Part shown: one piece after another, positions 44,191 through 60,833 of the stretch
Numbering within the stretch: the stretch's first letter is position 1
Layout of the letters: each line of letters opens with the position of its first letter
Assembly: GCF_009914755.1 (NCBI RefSeq)
Contig: NC_060926.1
Length of the DNA stretch: 64,000 bases
Origin: the human T2T-CHM13v2.0 reference genome, Homo sapiens
Direction: 5' to 3' (one strand)
Position numbers and translations under genes: made by a program
The notes under the pieces: generated by a model
Databases searched by the model: none
Seen by the model: the letters and a program-made list of their open reading frames with translations, nothing else
Told to the model about the DNA's origin: nothing

Positions 44191-44808
44191 GTGCAGAAGG
44201 TTAGAGTGCATTAGAGCAGATTTCTGTCCTCCTGTCAATCACAGGTAGGTGGTCTGTGTCCCCTACTTTGAGAAACACTGCCCAGAGCAATCTAAAAGGC
44301 TACGATCAGGGAAAATTGATGAACACACTTCATTAACCCAGCATGTTCATTGAGATGGACAGGTAAAACCAAACAAATAATGCCTAATGCAGGGTATACT
44401 TGTTCTAGGTGTTACATAAATACATTCTTCTGGTTTTCCTAACATCTTTGAGAGGACAATATTAACTACATTTACAGATGAGGCAAATGGCACACATAGA
44501 AGAGGCTGAGCTGAGAGTCCATGACAGGTCTGTAGGACCAAAGTCTATTTTATTTTCACCAGCGCCACTACTGGGCAGCTTGAAGGAGCAAGTAAGTCAC
44601 AAGGACAGATTGAGGGATTGAGAATGGACAGAGAAGAAACCTAGGCCTTTTTGCCAACATAGTAGATAGTCTTGAAGAACAGACTGCAAATAGGCAACTC
44701 TGGTCTTTTCAGAATCTCTGGCAAGCAGATGGCAGTTTCTCAGAGGCAATACCCCATGGCCAAACCCATAAGACCTCCAAGCATCTGCAGAGTCCTGAAA
44801 TCCAAGTA

Positions 44809-45157
44809 CAATCATGGGCAACACAACAACATTTCAGTTCAACTACGGACCTCTTATATGATGGTGGTTTCATGAGATTTGAATACTGTATTTTTACTGC
44901 ACCTTTTCTATGTTAAGATATATTTAGATACACACATACTTACCATTGTATTACAATTACTTACAGTGTTCAGTACAGCAACATACTGTACAGGTTTGTA
45001 GCCTGGGAGCAATAGGCTATACCACATAGCCTAGGTGTGTAGTAGGCTATACCATCTAGGTTTGTGTAATCACACTCTATGATGGTTCTACAATGAAGAA
45101 ATTACCTAATGACACATTTTTCAGAACAAATCCCTGTCATTAAGCAATGCATGACTG
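44809..45157 (+). mobile_element. Tigger3a (MER7A) TcMar MITE, complete
   Basis: 'caatcatg...' to '...catgactg', preceded by TA; internal 'aggagcaataggctatacca...tagcctaggtgtgtagtaggctataccatctagg'-type motif. Confidence 0.9.
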
Positions 45158-45179
45158 CATTCTGGACTATGACCCAAAT

Positions 45180-45340
45180 ATGACTGGACATCAGAATCAC
45201 CTTGGGAAGGTTTCAAACATACAGATTTACAGGCTCCACACCAGAGATCTAAATTTAGTAGGTTTGGAATGAGGCCTGAAAAGTTCTTTACAAACCACCC
45301 CAGGTAATTCTGATGACAAGCTTGGCTTGGGAAACACTAC
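45180..45340. mobile_element. MER5A/B
   Basis: 'catcagaatcaccttggg...caggctccacaccagagat...ccccaggtaattctgatg...ttgggaaacact'. Confidence 0.8.
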
Positions 45341-46678
45341 CCCAGCCACACTGACTCCATGAAAGAGTCAGACCTGGATTGACCTTGGTAGTAGTTCATC
45401 ACAAGCCAAATGGAGGGAAGTAAAGGGCCCGTTATAAGATGCCCTCAAACTGAATAAATGTAACCAGATATCAAGACAAAAAACAAAGCAGAATAAAAGA
45501 AAACTTGCTTTCATAAGATGGAAACTTGTGACTAGTTTAGGCCTGCAAATAAAAGGCCTGCACTTGTGTCCCATGCATTACGTGTAACTTGTTTTCTTCC
45601 CTCCAGCCTGTTCACAAGGAAATCATGGCATCTAAAGTTTGTTTTACTAAAAAGCATTATAAAATAAATCATAAACAATATAGCACTTTGATATCTTAGA
45701 TCTCAATATGAAATCCTTGGTCTAGGGTGTTTTTAGTTTAGAAGTTTGAGAATTTTGAAGACAGCAAAAATGGACTTTGCAAAATTTAAGGAGACAATAT
45801 TGCAAAGATAACAAGATCCAAGGACACTCTCTTCCTTCTCCCATCAACCTGAACTGGTTTATTCTAGATTTAAACTATGAACTTTAATAATCTAGACTTC
45901 AATTTGACCCTAGTGTTCAGTGGTGAAAGTACATAGGTGATTATGTACAGTCAATAACTACCCTATCTCATCTGTCAAGTAGAATAAATAGCTAAAACTG
46001 GTAAGTTGATAAAGTGTTTTTATTTTGGAGAGTTAATAACTTACTCTAAAGTAGATTTTAATTACTAGACCTTGCTAACAACTGACATATGAATTAATTA
46101 CTTTAAATCACTATCAAGTTCAATCTCCATACAAGTTTCAAGGAGAACTGCACAGCACTCAAACATAAAGGAAATATTAATGACATAAATGATGGAACAC
46201 AATCAAGTCTATTATTCATTAGTATGAATGAAAACAAAATACAGTGAGCGATAAAGACAGACTAGAACTAATATCATTTGGGTTTACAAAAACCATCTCA
46301 AGTCCAAACATGTTCTTGTCCAAAGTCCTTGCCTCATTTCAGGAAACAACCCCATGCCTCACTTGTGAGATTAGAGTACCATGTTTTCTTTCTTTCCACA
46401 TGTGGAAGTGGGGTAAAGAGATGTTTTGGCCAAAAAATACATTCTAGACCCAAACACTAGAGATATGATCAATCTCCAGGAATTTTATAAAAAGGTAATG
46501 TTGTATTTCTGGATAAAAGGGAAAAAATGAGCACAAAAAGGATACATTAGACCACATATCCAGAGATTAAGGAGACCCTCTGTGTATCCTCAGTTTCCCA
46601 GCTTATTTAGTTTTGTGTTTCCCGTCTTGGTGAAATACCTTTGAAGGGAAAGCATGCTTTTATCTGCAAATAGAGTTT

Positions 46679-46716
46679 ATTAACTAGCTCTGGGGGCATT
46701 AACTAGCTCTGGGGGA
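46679..46716. repeat. 19-bp tandem duplication
   Basis: attaactagctctggggg occurs twice, 19 bp apart. Confidence 0.9.
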
Positions 46717-46839
46717 ACAAACAATTTTGAAAGTAAATTCTACTTTGAACTTTTTGACTTGAATCATTGTAATCTGAGATGTGACCTATAACTTATCCTT
46801 TTAGAAAATAAATTATAAATATCACAGAAGAGGTATTTT

Positions 46840-48485
<1,646 letters not shown>

Positions 48486-48779
48486 GTAGAAGAGACATTT
48501 ACTACATCCACGTAGAAGCATTTAAGATCCAGCACATGATTCTCTCTGCTTTCTCTTTCTCTGCCAAGGAAATCATAGAAGAACATATTGATAAGATGTC
48601 AAAAAGATCAAAGCAGCTGAAATATGGAGCCAACACATGGAAGAAAACTGTCCGCGGATTCATCCATACCCATAGCTGACTTTGTGTAAAACAGAAATAA
48701 AATTTTGTGTGTTTAAAAAACAAGAAACACCACATTTAAATGTTAGTGTTGAAAGAGAATTGAGATAGTTCATATAGTC

Positions 48780-48956
48780 CAGAGTTTTTCAACCCCTTAG
48801 AATGATTGGCATTTTGAGTTGGATAATTCTCCGTTGTGGAGGGCTGTCCTAGGCATTGCAGGATGTTTAGCAGCATCCCTGGATCCCCAGTTGTGACAAC
48901 CAAAAACGTCTCCAGACATTACTAAATGTGTACCACATGCCTGTTGAGAACCACGG
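48780..48956. mobile_element. MER20 (hAT-Charlie)
   Basis: 'gggctgtcctaggcattgcaggatgtttagcagcatccctgg...ccagttgtgacaaccaaaaacgtctccagacatt...ttgagaaccac'. Confidence 0.9.
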
Positions 48957-49463
48957 ATCTGGCTAACCTTTCCTAAAGAATGTTCCTTAGAACATCAGTT
49001 TTGCCCAATGCTGCAAAAGAAAAAGTTTCCACAGTTTAGTAAGTTTGGAAAACAGGAAATGAAATAAATTCTCCCTCTCCACACTCCTGCCCACATTCTA
49101 TAAAAGGAGAAGCTCAGGAACAGAAAAGTGAGATGATTGCCTTGTGTCACTCAACCAACAACCTAATCAGAACTCTTGAGTTAGGAAATGGAGGCTTCTC
49201 AAGCCTAGATGAATGCTCTTTCCTGACTCTTTGGAAACTGAACCTCCCACCTCTCAAATTGATATCAACCAAATAAGGCTTCAAGATTTGTTGGCAGATT
49301 GTAAACTACTACTAGAAGGGTACTAGCATAGACTCTCCCAAGAGGTTATCCCCCATTTCGAGATTCAGATGTAGTAGAGGGCTTGCCAAGGTGCAAATGG
49401 ATGAGGACTGTGGGTCAAGGCAGATGATCTAACAGCTGCCTCCCCTTCCTTCACTGTGGTTTA

Positions 49464-49640
<177 letters not shown>

Positions 49641-50149
49641 AATAAAAGATCTATTAATGAAGGTATGAAGATACAGTGCAGATCTGTGGGACAAGTCTCA
49701 AATCTAGCAGTGGTCAGACTGAATGTATCAGTAACCATCTGGAACTTTGGAACTTATGAAAAAGTGATAAATAACTGTCAAGATCTAAAGGGATGTACTG
49801 AAGATATGTTTGATGTTTACTTAGTTGATGGGACTTATACTCAAGGGTCAGCTGCGTACCTTGAATGTCACAATAGAATAAAAACACTCACAATTCTTTT
49901 AGAAAATTCAGCTTAAATATAAACATTAATAAAACAGGAAAACTTACTCTCTAAAATGACATGAAGTGATATCAAAAATTGGGGAAAGAGTTTAGGCTAC
50001 CAAAACTTTTTTAGAAATCCAAAGAGGATTGTTAATGGATTGTTGTTTTTTTACCATGTTGTAATACAATTTGGACCTATTATGTCAAACAGACTTAGAA
50101 TAATACTTTTGAAGGGCTATTCTTTACAACAGGTAAATAGTACATTGCA

Positions 50150-51125
<976 letters not shown>

Positions 51126-52350
51126 CAGCAAGAGCCGGTATGTGGAATGTGAGTATTAGCATAAGACATGGAATCCTGGCACACACCTCAGGCCTGCTTC
51201 AGCAGGAGGAAGGAGGCTGGATCAAACTTGTCCAGACAGGGAAGATGGATCATGCTCACTCACCCTGGAGGGGTCACAGAAGTTTATCAATTCCTGGCAA
51301 AACGGAACAGCCCAATCTGGGAGAGCCTGCCCAGATCTAAGTGCCAGTTTAGTTAATGATTTAAAGGGGCATTTACCTTTTCGCCTTATGGAGAAAGTAT
51401 CTGGAAGATTCTGGTGTTATTTTTATTGGGGCCACTGAACTTTCTGTTTGTGCTCCTCCTTATGAACCCTGCTCCCTCCTCCTCCACTGTTCTCACAGTG
51501 CCAAGGGCCCATCAGTCCTCGCTTGCTTGCCTTCCTCTCAGCCAGTTAACTCCATAAGGATTTCAGCAATAATCCTGACAGGTGCCCTCACGCACTTGGT
51601 TCTTCATCCATTCATGTCTTCCAAATCTCCATCCTTCAATGAAGTCCATCATGTACTTTCTGTTTCTGCTCCCAAGCAAAAGATATTGCTGAAAATTAAA
51701 TTAAAAATGTAAAAATCTGACCCAAGCCAATATCAGCTGACTGGTCCCAGCTGAGCCTTTACTACTCCCAGGTAATTCTCTGATTTTTCAAAATTTCCTT
51801 CCTTCCACAGTCCTCACTTTTCCTTTTCTAAATCCTTCCTGTTTCCTTCAAGCCCCAGTCCCACTGCATGCAACTTTCTCCTTTTGCTTAATAGAAGAAA
51901 TCAAGATTCTCCAATGTGGGTATCCTCTCATTGCTTTTTCTCTACTGAGAAATACTTAAAGATGATATCTCTTTTTCTGTTTCATTTCAGAGAAGGAAGA
52001 GTAACTTCTCCTTTCCACAATTTGTTTTCCTTTTGGGTCCTGCATCCTATGGACTCCTATTTCCTGTAAACATTGCACCAGGCATGGCCCCTGCTCTTTT
52101 ATCCCCACCCTCCCCCCTCAATCTGTCAGCCCCATCCTGGCTCATTTCTATCCCTGTTGAGCCTAGATGCCATTGTCCATCACTTTGAACATTGTTTTCA
52201 TAAAATCATCCATCATTTCGCCCCTTGATCCTTCTGCCCCATCGTCTCAGAAATCCCAAGTCTTGGATCAACCTACCACCCATTTTCTCAGCTCTTACCA
52301 TTGGCAGCCCAAGTTATTAAAGAAAATCACACAATTATTTCCCTTCTACC

Positions 52351-52517
52351 TGGGTTGCCAACCTGCCCCTTTACCCCCATCAACACACACATACCCAGAC
52401 AAACACACGCACACCCCACCTGACTCTTTTGTCAGTAGAGTGGAAAGCAAATTAACAATTGTGGAGATCGTCTGACACTGAGAGGGACCCAGGCTCTACA
52501 TTACACAATTTAAATAC
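52351..52517 (+). repeat. Copy 1 of ~165-bp local direct repeat (copy 2 at 54024-54190)
   Basis: Shared 'agacaaaca..cacaccccacct.actcttt..agagtggaaagcaaattaa..attgt.gagat.gtctg..ctgagag..ctctacatt.cacaatttaaatac'. Confidence 0.9.
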
Positions 52518-52839
52518 TAGTGCCCATACCAGTTTTGGTCTCTAACCTGTTAGATTCTCAGGTGATTATAATCCTTATACTGGTCCTTCTCCACTTAATT
52601 CTCTTTTATACGTCCCTTGGTAATAACTCTAATCCTATGGAACTCTCAACCCCTACCCTTTTTACTCTTCTCTTCTTTTCTTTATTTCTCCTTTTGCATT
52701 CACCAAACCTTGACACATGCCCTATATTCCTCTTTCTCTTCTACTCCAATCCAATCAGTTCTCACATCCTATTGATCTTCCCTCCCAAACATCTCCTAAA
52801 CCCACCCCCTCCTCTTCATTTTGTCATTTTCTTTTCCCT

Positions 52840-52955
52840 TTTTAAAAATTTCTATTTTGTAGAGACAGGGTCTCACTATGTTGCCCAAGCTGGTCTTGAA
52901 CTCCTGGTTTCAAGCAATCCTCCCACCTGGGGCTCCAAAGTCCTGGGATTCAGGC
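52840..52955 (-). mobile_element. FLAM monomer
   Basis: 17-bp TSD cattttgtcattttctt. Confidence 0.85.
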
Positions 52956-53969
52956 CATTTTGTCATTTTCTTAACTCAGGCCTTCATCATCTCTGCCTGG
53001 CCTCATTAAATTGTCTATTAAATGGAACTCCCTGATACTAGCCTCACTTCTCTCCGATTCATCCTCCATAGTCCTCTCAGAGTGATACTGCCTAGAAAAG
53101 GGAAGTAGAGGCTGAGTTGGGGGTGAGAGAATGGGAGGAAGGGAGGGTCAAAAGAGAGGAAGACCCAATATCTGGAAACCAAAGAGGAACACTGAGGGGA
53201 GAATAGAAATGTCTCCATTTAAACCTCCTTTTATGTCTCCTCATAAAATTGTTGGTCAAATCCACATTACTCACCTCTACTCTGTGGAGTTTATTTGCTT
53301 TTGGGGAAACACAATAAAGTACTAAGTCCTGCTATAAGACAGGGCACATGAAGCCAGCACCTGGCTTGCACATTCAATTTATTCTTCAGTCATTCATTCA
53401 TTTATTATTTAACGATATTTACTGAGTACCTATCAGGTGTCAGATACGTGCTAGTGCTGGAGAGTGAACACTGATCGAGACAGATATTCTTGTCTTAAAA
53501 GCATTAATAGTCAAGTGGGAAAACAAACAAAATAGTTAGAATATGATAAGTGCTATGATATGAGAAGGTTATGGGTGTGCATAGCAGGGACAAATCAAAG
53601 TCAGAGGTAGGAGGGAGGTCAAGGAGGACTTAGGGAAGAGGTGGTGTTTAACTGGAGATCAGAGGAATGTGCAGGAATTAGTGAGGTGTAGGGAAAAGTT
53701 GAAGAGAATTTTCTAGGAATGTGAGACAGTCCAGAGGCAACAGAGTACAGTGAACCCATGGAACGGACAGAAGAGAGGAAACTGTGGCAAATGAGGTGGG
53801 AAAGGTCATCTGTAAACAGATCTTAACTTGTAAATCAAGTTTACATGTTTAGACTTTATCCTAAAGGCAATGGGGAAGCTACAGATGGCTTTAAGCATCT
53901 GTAAGTGATGCTTACACAGTGAAAGACCTGTTCAGATTTGTGATTTAGAAAGAACACATGACAGGATAA

Positions 53970-54906
53970 TATGTGAAGTATTAATGGAATGTATTCTCTC
54001 CACTCATTTCTCTACTTGGGCTCTGGGCTGCCCATCTGCTCCTTGCCTGCCACCCACATACACATACATAGACAAACATGCACACACCCCACCTCACTCT
54101 TTCGCCAGGAGAGTGGAAAGCAAATTAATGATTGTAGAGATTGTCTGCTGCTGAGAGAAATCTAGACTCTACATTGCACAATTTAAATACAAAGGGCTCT
54201 GCACTTTAACTCAGAAATGAAACAATTAAAATGAAACCAACTCATACAAATGTGTAAATGTGAATTGGTTTTTCACCTCTATGCTGTGAGGGGAGAAGAA
54301 ATGATCTGATCAGAAAGCAGATGTGCAGGGCAAAAGGAAGGAATGTTCCTGGATTACTTCGTGGCATTATGGGGGACATGGCTGCCCCTTTCTGAGATGA
54401 AGCTACATGGGACCTGCATGTGCACCCAGACAGCCCATCCCTACCCTTCAAAGCTAGCAGGATCTGGTACCTTAGACAGCACACTGGGGCCTGCCTGTGC
54501 TGAGAGCATAGGCAACAATGGTATTAGCGGCTCAGGCTAGCTTTAGAGTGACCCCAGAAATGACTAGATGGACAGCTCCCCCAGCCCCACCCGCTACTCA
54601 CACATGGACCTCCATCTTCTTCCCCACTTCCCTTGGGTAGCCAGCCCCAAGAGGCCCAAGAGTAAGAGGCAAGAACAGGGGAAGGAAGGTTTGAAACTGA
54701 ATTCTGAACTGAAGTATTTATGGAATCTCAGTTGACAAATCACTGAATTCATTTAAGATAATCTAGATGAAGTTGTCCACCAGGAGGAAGGCTGGAGGTT
54801 CAGATTCCAAAATCAAATTTACTCCAGGAAAAAACATCCCATGACTGCACACCTGAGGGTTTGTGGACTCTTGCATCTGTGAGACTCCTTGCTCATTACA
54901 CTCACA
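53970..54906. mobile_element. Possible ancient Gypsy-like LTR (MamGypLTR/LTR8x type) inserted in L2
   Basis: ~940-bp block interrupting L2 with TG...CA ends; 3' end 'gactgcacacctgagggtttgtggactc' is reminiscent of this group. Confidence 0.3.
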
Positions 54907-55658
54907 TGGCTACTGCATGGTGAATGGTTTGAGATGAAGATTGGAAACAGGGGTTTAGGTGAGACCTGATGAGAGTAGAGGGGAAAGAAGACAAGAAAAA
55001 AGGTAGGAGAGGTATTCAGGTGGCAGGATCAAGAGTTCTTGGTGATGCAATTGGACATGAGGTATGATGATGAGAACAGTGAGGAATGATACACAAGTGA
55101 CTAGCTGCAGCAATGAGTCCATGGCAGTGCTTGCTACCTCCAGGGGGAACTCAGGAGGAGATACACAGATTTGAAGAGAAAATGAGTTCAGTTTGAGTTT
55201 AAGATGCCTGTGGAACCTATAGGGTCTGAAGCTCAAGAGAAGGGTTGGAGATGGAGAGAGCTATCTGGGAGCAGGTAGATAGTGCCATAGATACTCAGGA
55301 AAGAGAAAGTATCAAAAAGGAGGATATGTTAAATGCTGCCATCAGGTCAAATAAGGAGAGAACTGAAAAGTGCCCCTTGAATTTAGCTACATGGAGATCA
55401 TGGGTTATTTTGGAGAGAGGAATTTTGGAGAGTGAGTGGGAGGTGAGGAAGTTAAAACAGTGAGTGGACAACTTTTCCAAAAAGTTTAACTGGCAAGAGA
55501 AGAGAGGACGGTAGATGGAAGAGGATGTGGCTTTTTTAGTCTGAGAAGGGAGGAGCCAGTGGAGAGGAAGGGGTTGAATATAAAGGTAGGAGTATGAAGG
55601 AATAACTGAGAGAGTGAGGTCAATGGGAAGTCAGAGAGAGATGGGACCCAGAGCATCA

Positions 55659-56050
<392 letters not shown>

Positions 56051-56796
56051 AGTTTATAGGTTGTTATGGAAAACTGAGACTGCTCACATCTCATAACATC
56101 CACACCCACCCAACTCTGATATGTGGGGGAAAAAAAATCACCAATTGAGAATGAGAAGGTAGAGAGGCCAACATAGGGAGGTGCAGGAAGAGGCAAATCC
56201 TTGAAATAGCCCCTCTGGAGGCTGAGAAAACAAGCAGGCCGGGGAATAGAGTAGGACTGCAGGCAGCAGTGAGGTCCCACTTGAGGTTGCTGAGCATAAA
56301 TTTAAGGTAGCCCCAATCTGTGTGACAGGGTGATTTTTTCCTATAGTGCCCAACAGCCTAGGTAAAGGAATGGCCAAGACAGACAGCTGGATTCAGGGTA
56401 CACACTCTAAAATTTGTCAGGCAGATAAACCAGAAGAATAATGAAGTAATGGAGTTGAGAACACCGGTCAGAGGCCAATGTTATGAGTCATGGAGTCCTT
56501 CCTCAGTAGATAAGGAATAGGGGACAGCAAGCATATTATAGATAAAGAGAAAGGAGAAAGCAGAAAGACTGCAGATCTTAATAAGTTTGGAAGATAAACG
56601 TAGTGAAAATAACCAAATGAAAAGAATTGGAGGACTTAAAAGTCAAGGGTTCAGAGGTGCTGTGGTTTGTTGAAGACATGGCCTAGGGGTGGCCATGGGA
56701 TTGAGTGATTGAAGCACAATGGAGAAGGTAATTGGAGATGGAATCAAGAAACTGAGAAGTCAGGTATGTTTCACAGAAATACCTAGATAGCTAAAG

Positions 56797-56942
56797 AGGG
56801 GGAGGGATAGCATTAGGAGAAATACCTAATGTAAATGACGAATTATTGGGTGCAGCACACCAACATGGCACATGTATATGTATGTAACAAACCTGCACGT
56901 TGTGCACATGTACCCTAGAACTTAAAGTATAATAATAATAAA
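56797..56942 (+). mobile_element. L1PA 3'-end fragment
   Basis: 'gggatagcattaggagaaatacctaatgtaaatgac...gtaacaaacctgcacgttgtgcacatgtaccctagaacttaaagtataataa'. Confidence 0.95.
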
Positions 56943-57428
56943 CAATGGTCATTGAAGAGGCTGGGTGTATCAGGGAGTTTGCTGACGATGGAATGAGATT
57001 CCCAACGTCATAGAGGAAAAGTTTTAGAGGAAAGGGAATGTAAGAGATATAAGAAAAAAAGTTTTTCGTAATCTCACATACTCAAACAATACAACACTTC
57101 CAGTCACCAAAATGTCTGGAGGTTTTCCTCTACCTACAACCAATTCTTCAGTGGACATAATTATCCTATAATTTAACACAATTTTCCTATAATCACTATC
57201 TACGTGGAGATAGCATTAGATCCCACAGGCAGAAGGCTCAGTCTCCCAAGATTGCTTCCACTTCAGATGCCAATTCCAAGTAGTAGGTTGTTACCTATAC
57301 TTCTGACGACTGGTCATAAATTGGGGGTTCCTATGAGGATTCCGCTCCTCAGGTTCAATTAGTTTGTTAGAGCAGCTCACAGAACTCAGGGAAACACCGC
57401 TTACATTACCCATTCATCACAAAGCATG

Positions 57429-57821
57429 TGATGTGGTTTGGATCTGTGTCCCCACCCAAATCTCTCATCGAATTGTAATCCTCAGTGTTGGAGGTGGGGC
57501 CTGGTGGGAGGTGATTGGATCATGGGGGCGGATTTCCTCCCTGGTGCTGCTCTTGTGACAGTGAGTGAGTGCTTTCAAGATCTGGTTGTTTAAAAGTGTG
57601 TGGCATCTCCCCACTCTCTCTCTTCCTTCTGCTCTGGCTATGTAAGATGTGTGTGTTTCTTCTTCTCCTTCCACCATAATTGTAAGTTTCCTGAGGCCTC
57701 TTCAGAAGCAGAAGCTGCTGTGCTTTCTGAACAGCCTGCTGAACTCTGAGCCGATTAAACCTCTTTTCTTTATAAATTACCCAATCTTAGGTATTTATAG
57801 CAGCGAGAAGGGACTAATACA
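57429..57821 (+). mobile_element. MSTA MaLR solo LTR
   Basis: 'tgatgtggtttggatctgtgtccccacccaaatc'...'gactaataca'; TSD gcatg/ggatg. Confidence 0.9.
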
Positions 57822-58282
57822 GGATGTTACAAAGGATATAGATGAATAGCCAGATGGAAGAGATGCACAGGGCGAGGGATGGGGGAAGAGGCATGAAACT
57901 CCCCTGCCCTTTATAGACATTCCACCCTCCAGGGACCTCTACATGTTCAGCAACCTGGAAGCTCTCAGAACTCTGTCCTTTGGGTTTTTATGGAGGCTTT
58001 ATTAGGTAGGCATGATTAATTACATCATTGGCCATTGGTAATCAACTCATCTTTCAGCCCCTCTACCCTCTCTAGAAGTTGGAAGGTAAGGCTGAAAGTC
58101 CCAACCCTCTAATCATGCCTTGGTCTTTCCGGTGATCAGCACCCCTCTTGAAGCTATCTAGGGCTCCCCAGCCACCAATGTCTTATTAGCATACCAAAGG
58201 CACTCTTATCACTCTGGAGAGTCCAAGGGTTTTAGGAGCTGTGTGCCAGGAACCAGGGGAAGAGACCAAATATATATTTCTT

Positions 58283-58571
<289 letters not shown>

Positions 58572-59207
58572 CAAAAATATATTTCTTGTCACAATACCAC
58601 AGGGTGGAATGGGAAACTGAGTCTAGTATGAGGATGAGAGTTCATAAAAGGATAACTCATTGAAAGAACCTCCCTCTAGGACACACATTAAGGATACTGA
58701 GGGTCTGAGGGATGGTGGGTTTAGTGGGCTGCACAGATGCAGAATTAGTGGGAGTGGAAGAACATTTAGGCCTCTTAGCCTTCAGCTTTGTCCTGGGTGT
58801 GTCATACTTCCAAGGCTCCTGAGTCTCTGGAAGGAGTGAGCTGAGTATTGATTCCAGGGATAGGTTCAGAGCTGAGGGTTGCTGGTGTGTAGCACTGGAC
58901 TGGTGTGGTCTTTGAGATGAATGCAGGCCTGTCCCAGCTCCTTCACTCCCTCATATGCCATACTGTCTCAGTACCTCTCTGCATGTTCATTTTAGGGCTT
59001 GATTTTGTCTCTAAACTTAGAGCCCAGGAAAAAGTATTCAGTATCCTTAGAGCACTAGGAGTTGCGTTGGCAAAGACAGATAGCCTGACCCATTATAATA
59101 TTAACTAATTTCAACCCACACTAATTATCAAAGGTACTCATTTAAGGAAAGATGTGGTGTTTAGAGTAATCTGGTGGAAAGACTGCTTTCACTTAAAAAA
59201 AAAAATG

Positions 59208-59599
<392 letters not shown>

Positions 59600-59649
59600 T
59601 CAGGTTGGTTTATTTATGCACTATATTTGTTTTTATTGCCATGGTGATC

Positions 59650-59932
59650 TTTTCTTCTTTCTTTTTTTTTTTCTCCCCTGCAGTTCAGTGGTGCCTTCTT
59701 GGCTCACTGCAACCTCTGCCTCTGGGGTTCAAGTGATTCTTATGCCTCAGCCTCCCGAGTAGCTAGGATTACAGGAGCACACCACCACGTCTCACTAATG
59801 TTTTGTATTTTTAGTAGAGACTGGGTTTCACCATGTTGGCTAGGCTGGTCTTGAACTCCTCACCTCAAATGATCTGCCCGCCTCGGCCTTCCAAAGTGCT
59901 GGGATTAAAGGGGTGAGCCACCGCACCCGGCC
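59650..59932 (-). mobile_element. AluS with altered 3' end
   Basis: Antisense Alu lacking the usual 'gagacggagtctcgctctgtcgcccaggctgg' segment next to its tail. Confidence 0.92.
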
Positions 59933-60813
59933 GTGTCTTTTGCTGTTGCTGTTTAAAAGACACAGGTCACCTTTTAGCTTCTGTCCAGTTCATTACACAT
60001 GAACAATTTGGTTTTCTTTAGAACACTCTTGAGCCCTTGAAATGTCATACATTGTAGGGGCCAGTTTTCTTATGTTTTCCCTGTCAGCAGATTTTGTTAA
60101 AAACATCTTGCTGATAGACCCTATTTTATTAATGATGAGATTCAATGAACCCCTGCAGGGTAAGGTTTTTTTTTTTTTAAATCTCTTTTGATGGGGTTTG
60201 ATGTAAACCTCAAAGGTCTTCTCTCTATGTCTGTTCTATTCCTTTTCTCTTGCATTATTAATTCACCCATAAATTGCAAACTTCTAATGAAGTATTACCT
60301 TCATGCTAACTTCCTAAGTTTCAGGGCAGCATCTGGTGACATAGGGATCATTTTACAGCAGTGTCACAGCATCAGTTGACAAGAGGGTCAGTAAATAGCA
60401 TTGTTATGGATCTTAAATGAATCCAATACTTATAGCAAACCAGGTGGCATGGAGTTTGGCTGTATCAGACGTGCAGGATAATGATGCAAATGACCATGCT
60501 TACACAACCCCTCTGCATGACTTAGGAACAATGCCTACATTATCTTTAAGATACAGAAAACACAAGTAACATATAAGAGACGCTGTTAGAGTCAGTTCCC
60601 CTGATCACTAATATCGGTGTGTCGTCAGTCATTTTTTGTATTCCCATGTAACTGATTAAATCTGTTTGGGAAAAAGTGTCGGCCATCGTATCTTAGATTC
60701 TGTTTCTTAAAAAAAAAAAAAAAAAAAAAGGAAGAGTGAGTTGGGGGAGGGCTGTTGATGGCAGTTTGCTGCCGCTGAGTCTGGCCTGCTGTTTTTCTGG
60801 CATTTTTTCATCT

Positions 60814-60833
60814 GTGCTGCCATCTAGAGAGGA
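60814..60833 (-). promoter_or_regulatory. CTCF motif candidate (reverse)
   Basis: Minus strand tcctctctAGATGGCAGCAc. Confidence 0.45.

Larger units (their letters stand above)
51520..53095 (+). mobile_element. L2 remnants (pyrimidine-rich)
   Basis: 'aaatcccaagtcttggatcaacctacc', 'ccttcatcatctctgcctggcc...ttcatcctccatagtcctctcagagtgat'. Confidence 0.55.

Noticed and set aside
46746-46760. DR3-like TGAACTtttTGACTT
   Set aside because: Single imperfect motif with no supporting context.
52520-53035. 171-aa hydrophobic ORF
   Set aside because: Non-ATG start; runs through pyrimidine-rich L2 and a FLAM, so the hydrophobicity is a composition artefact.
60708-60729. Orphan poly-A run
   Set aside because: No attached retroelement body or clear TSD; simple mononucleotide repeat.
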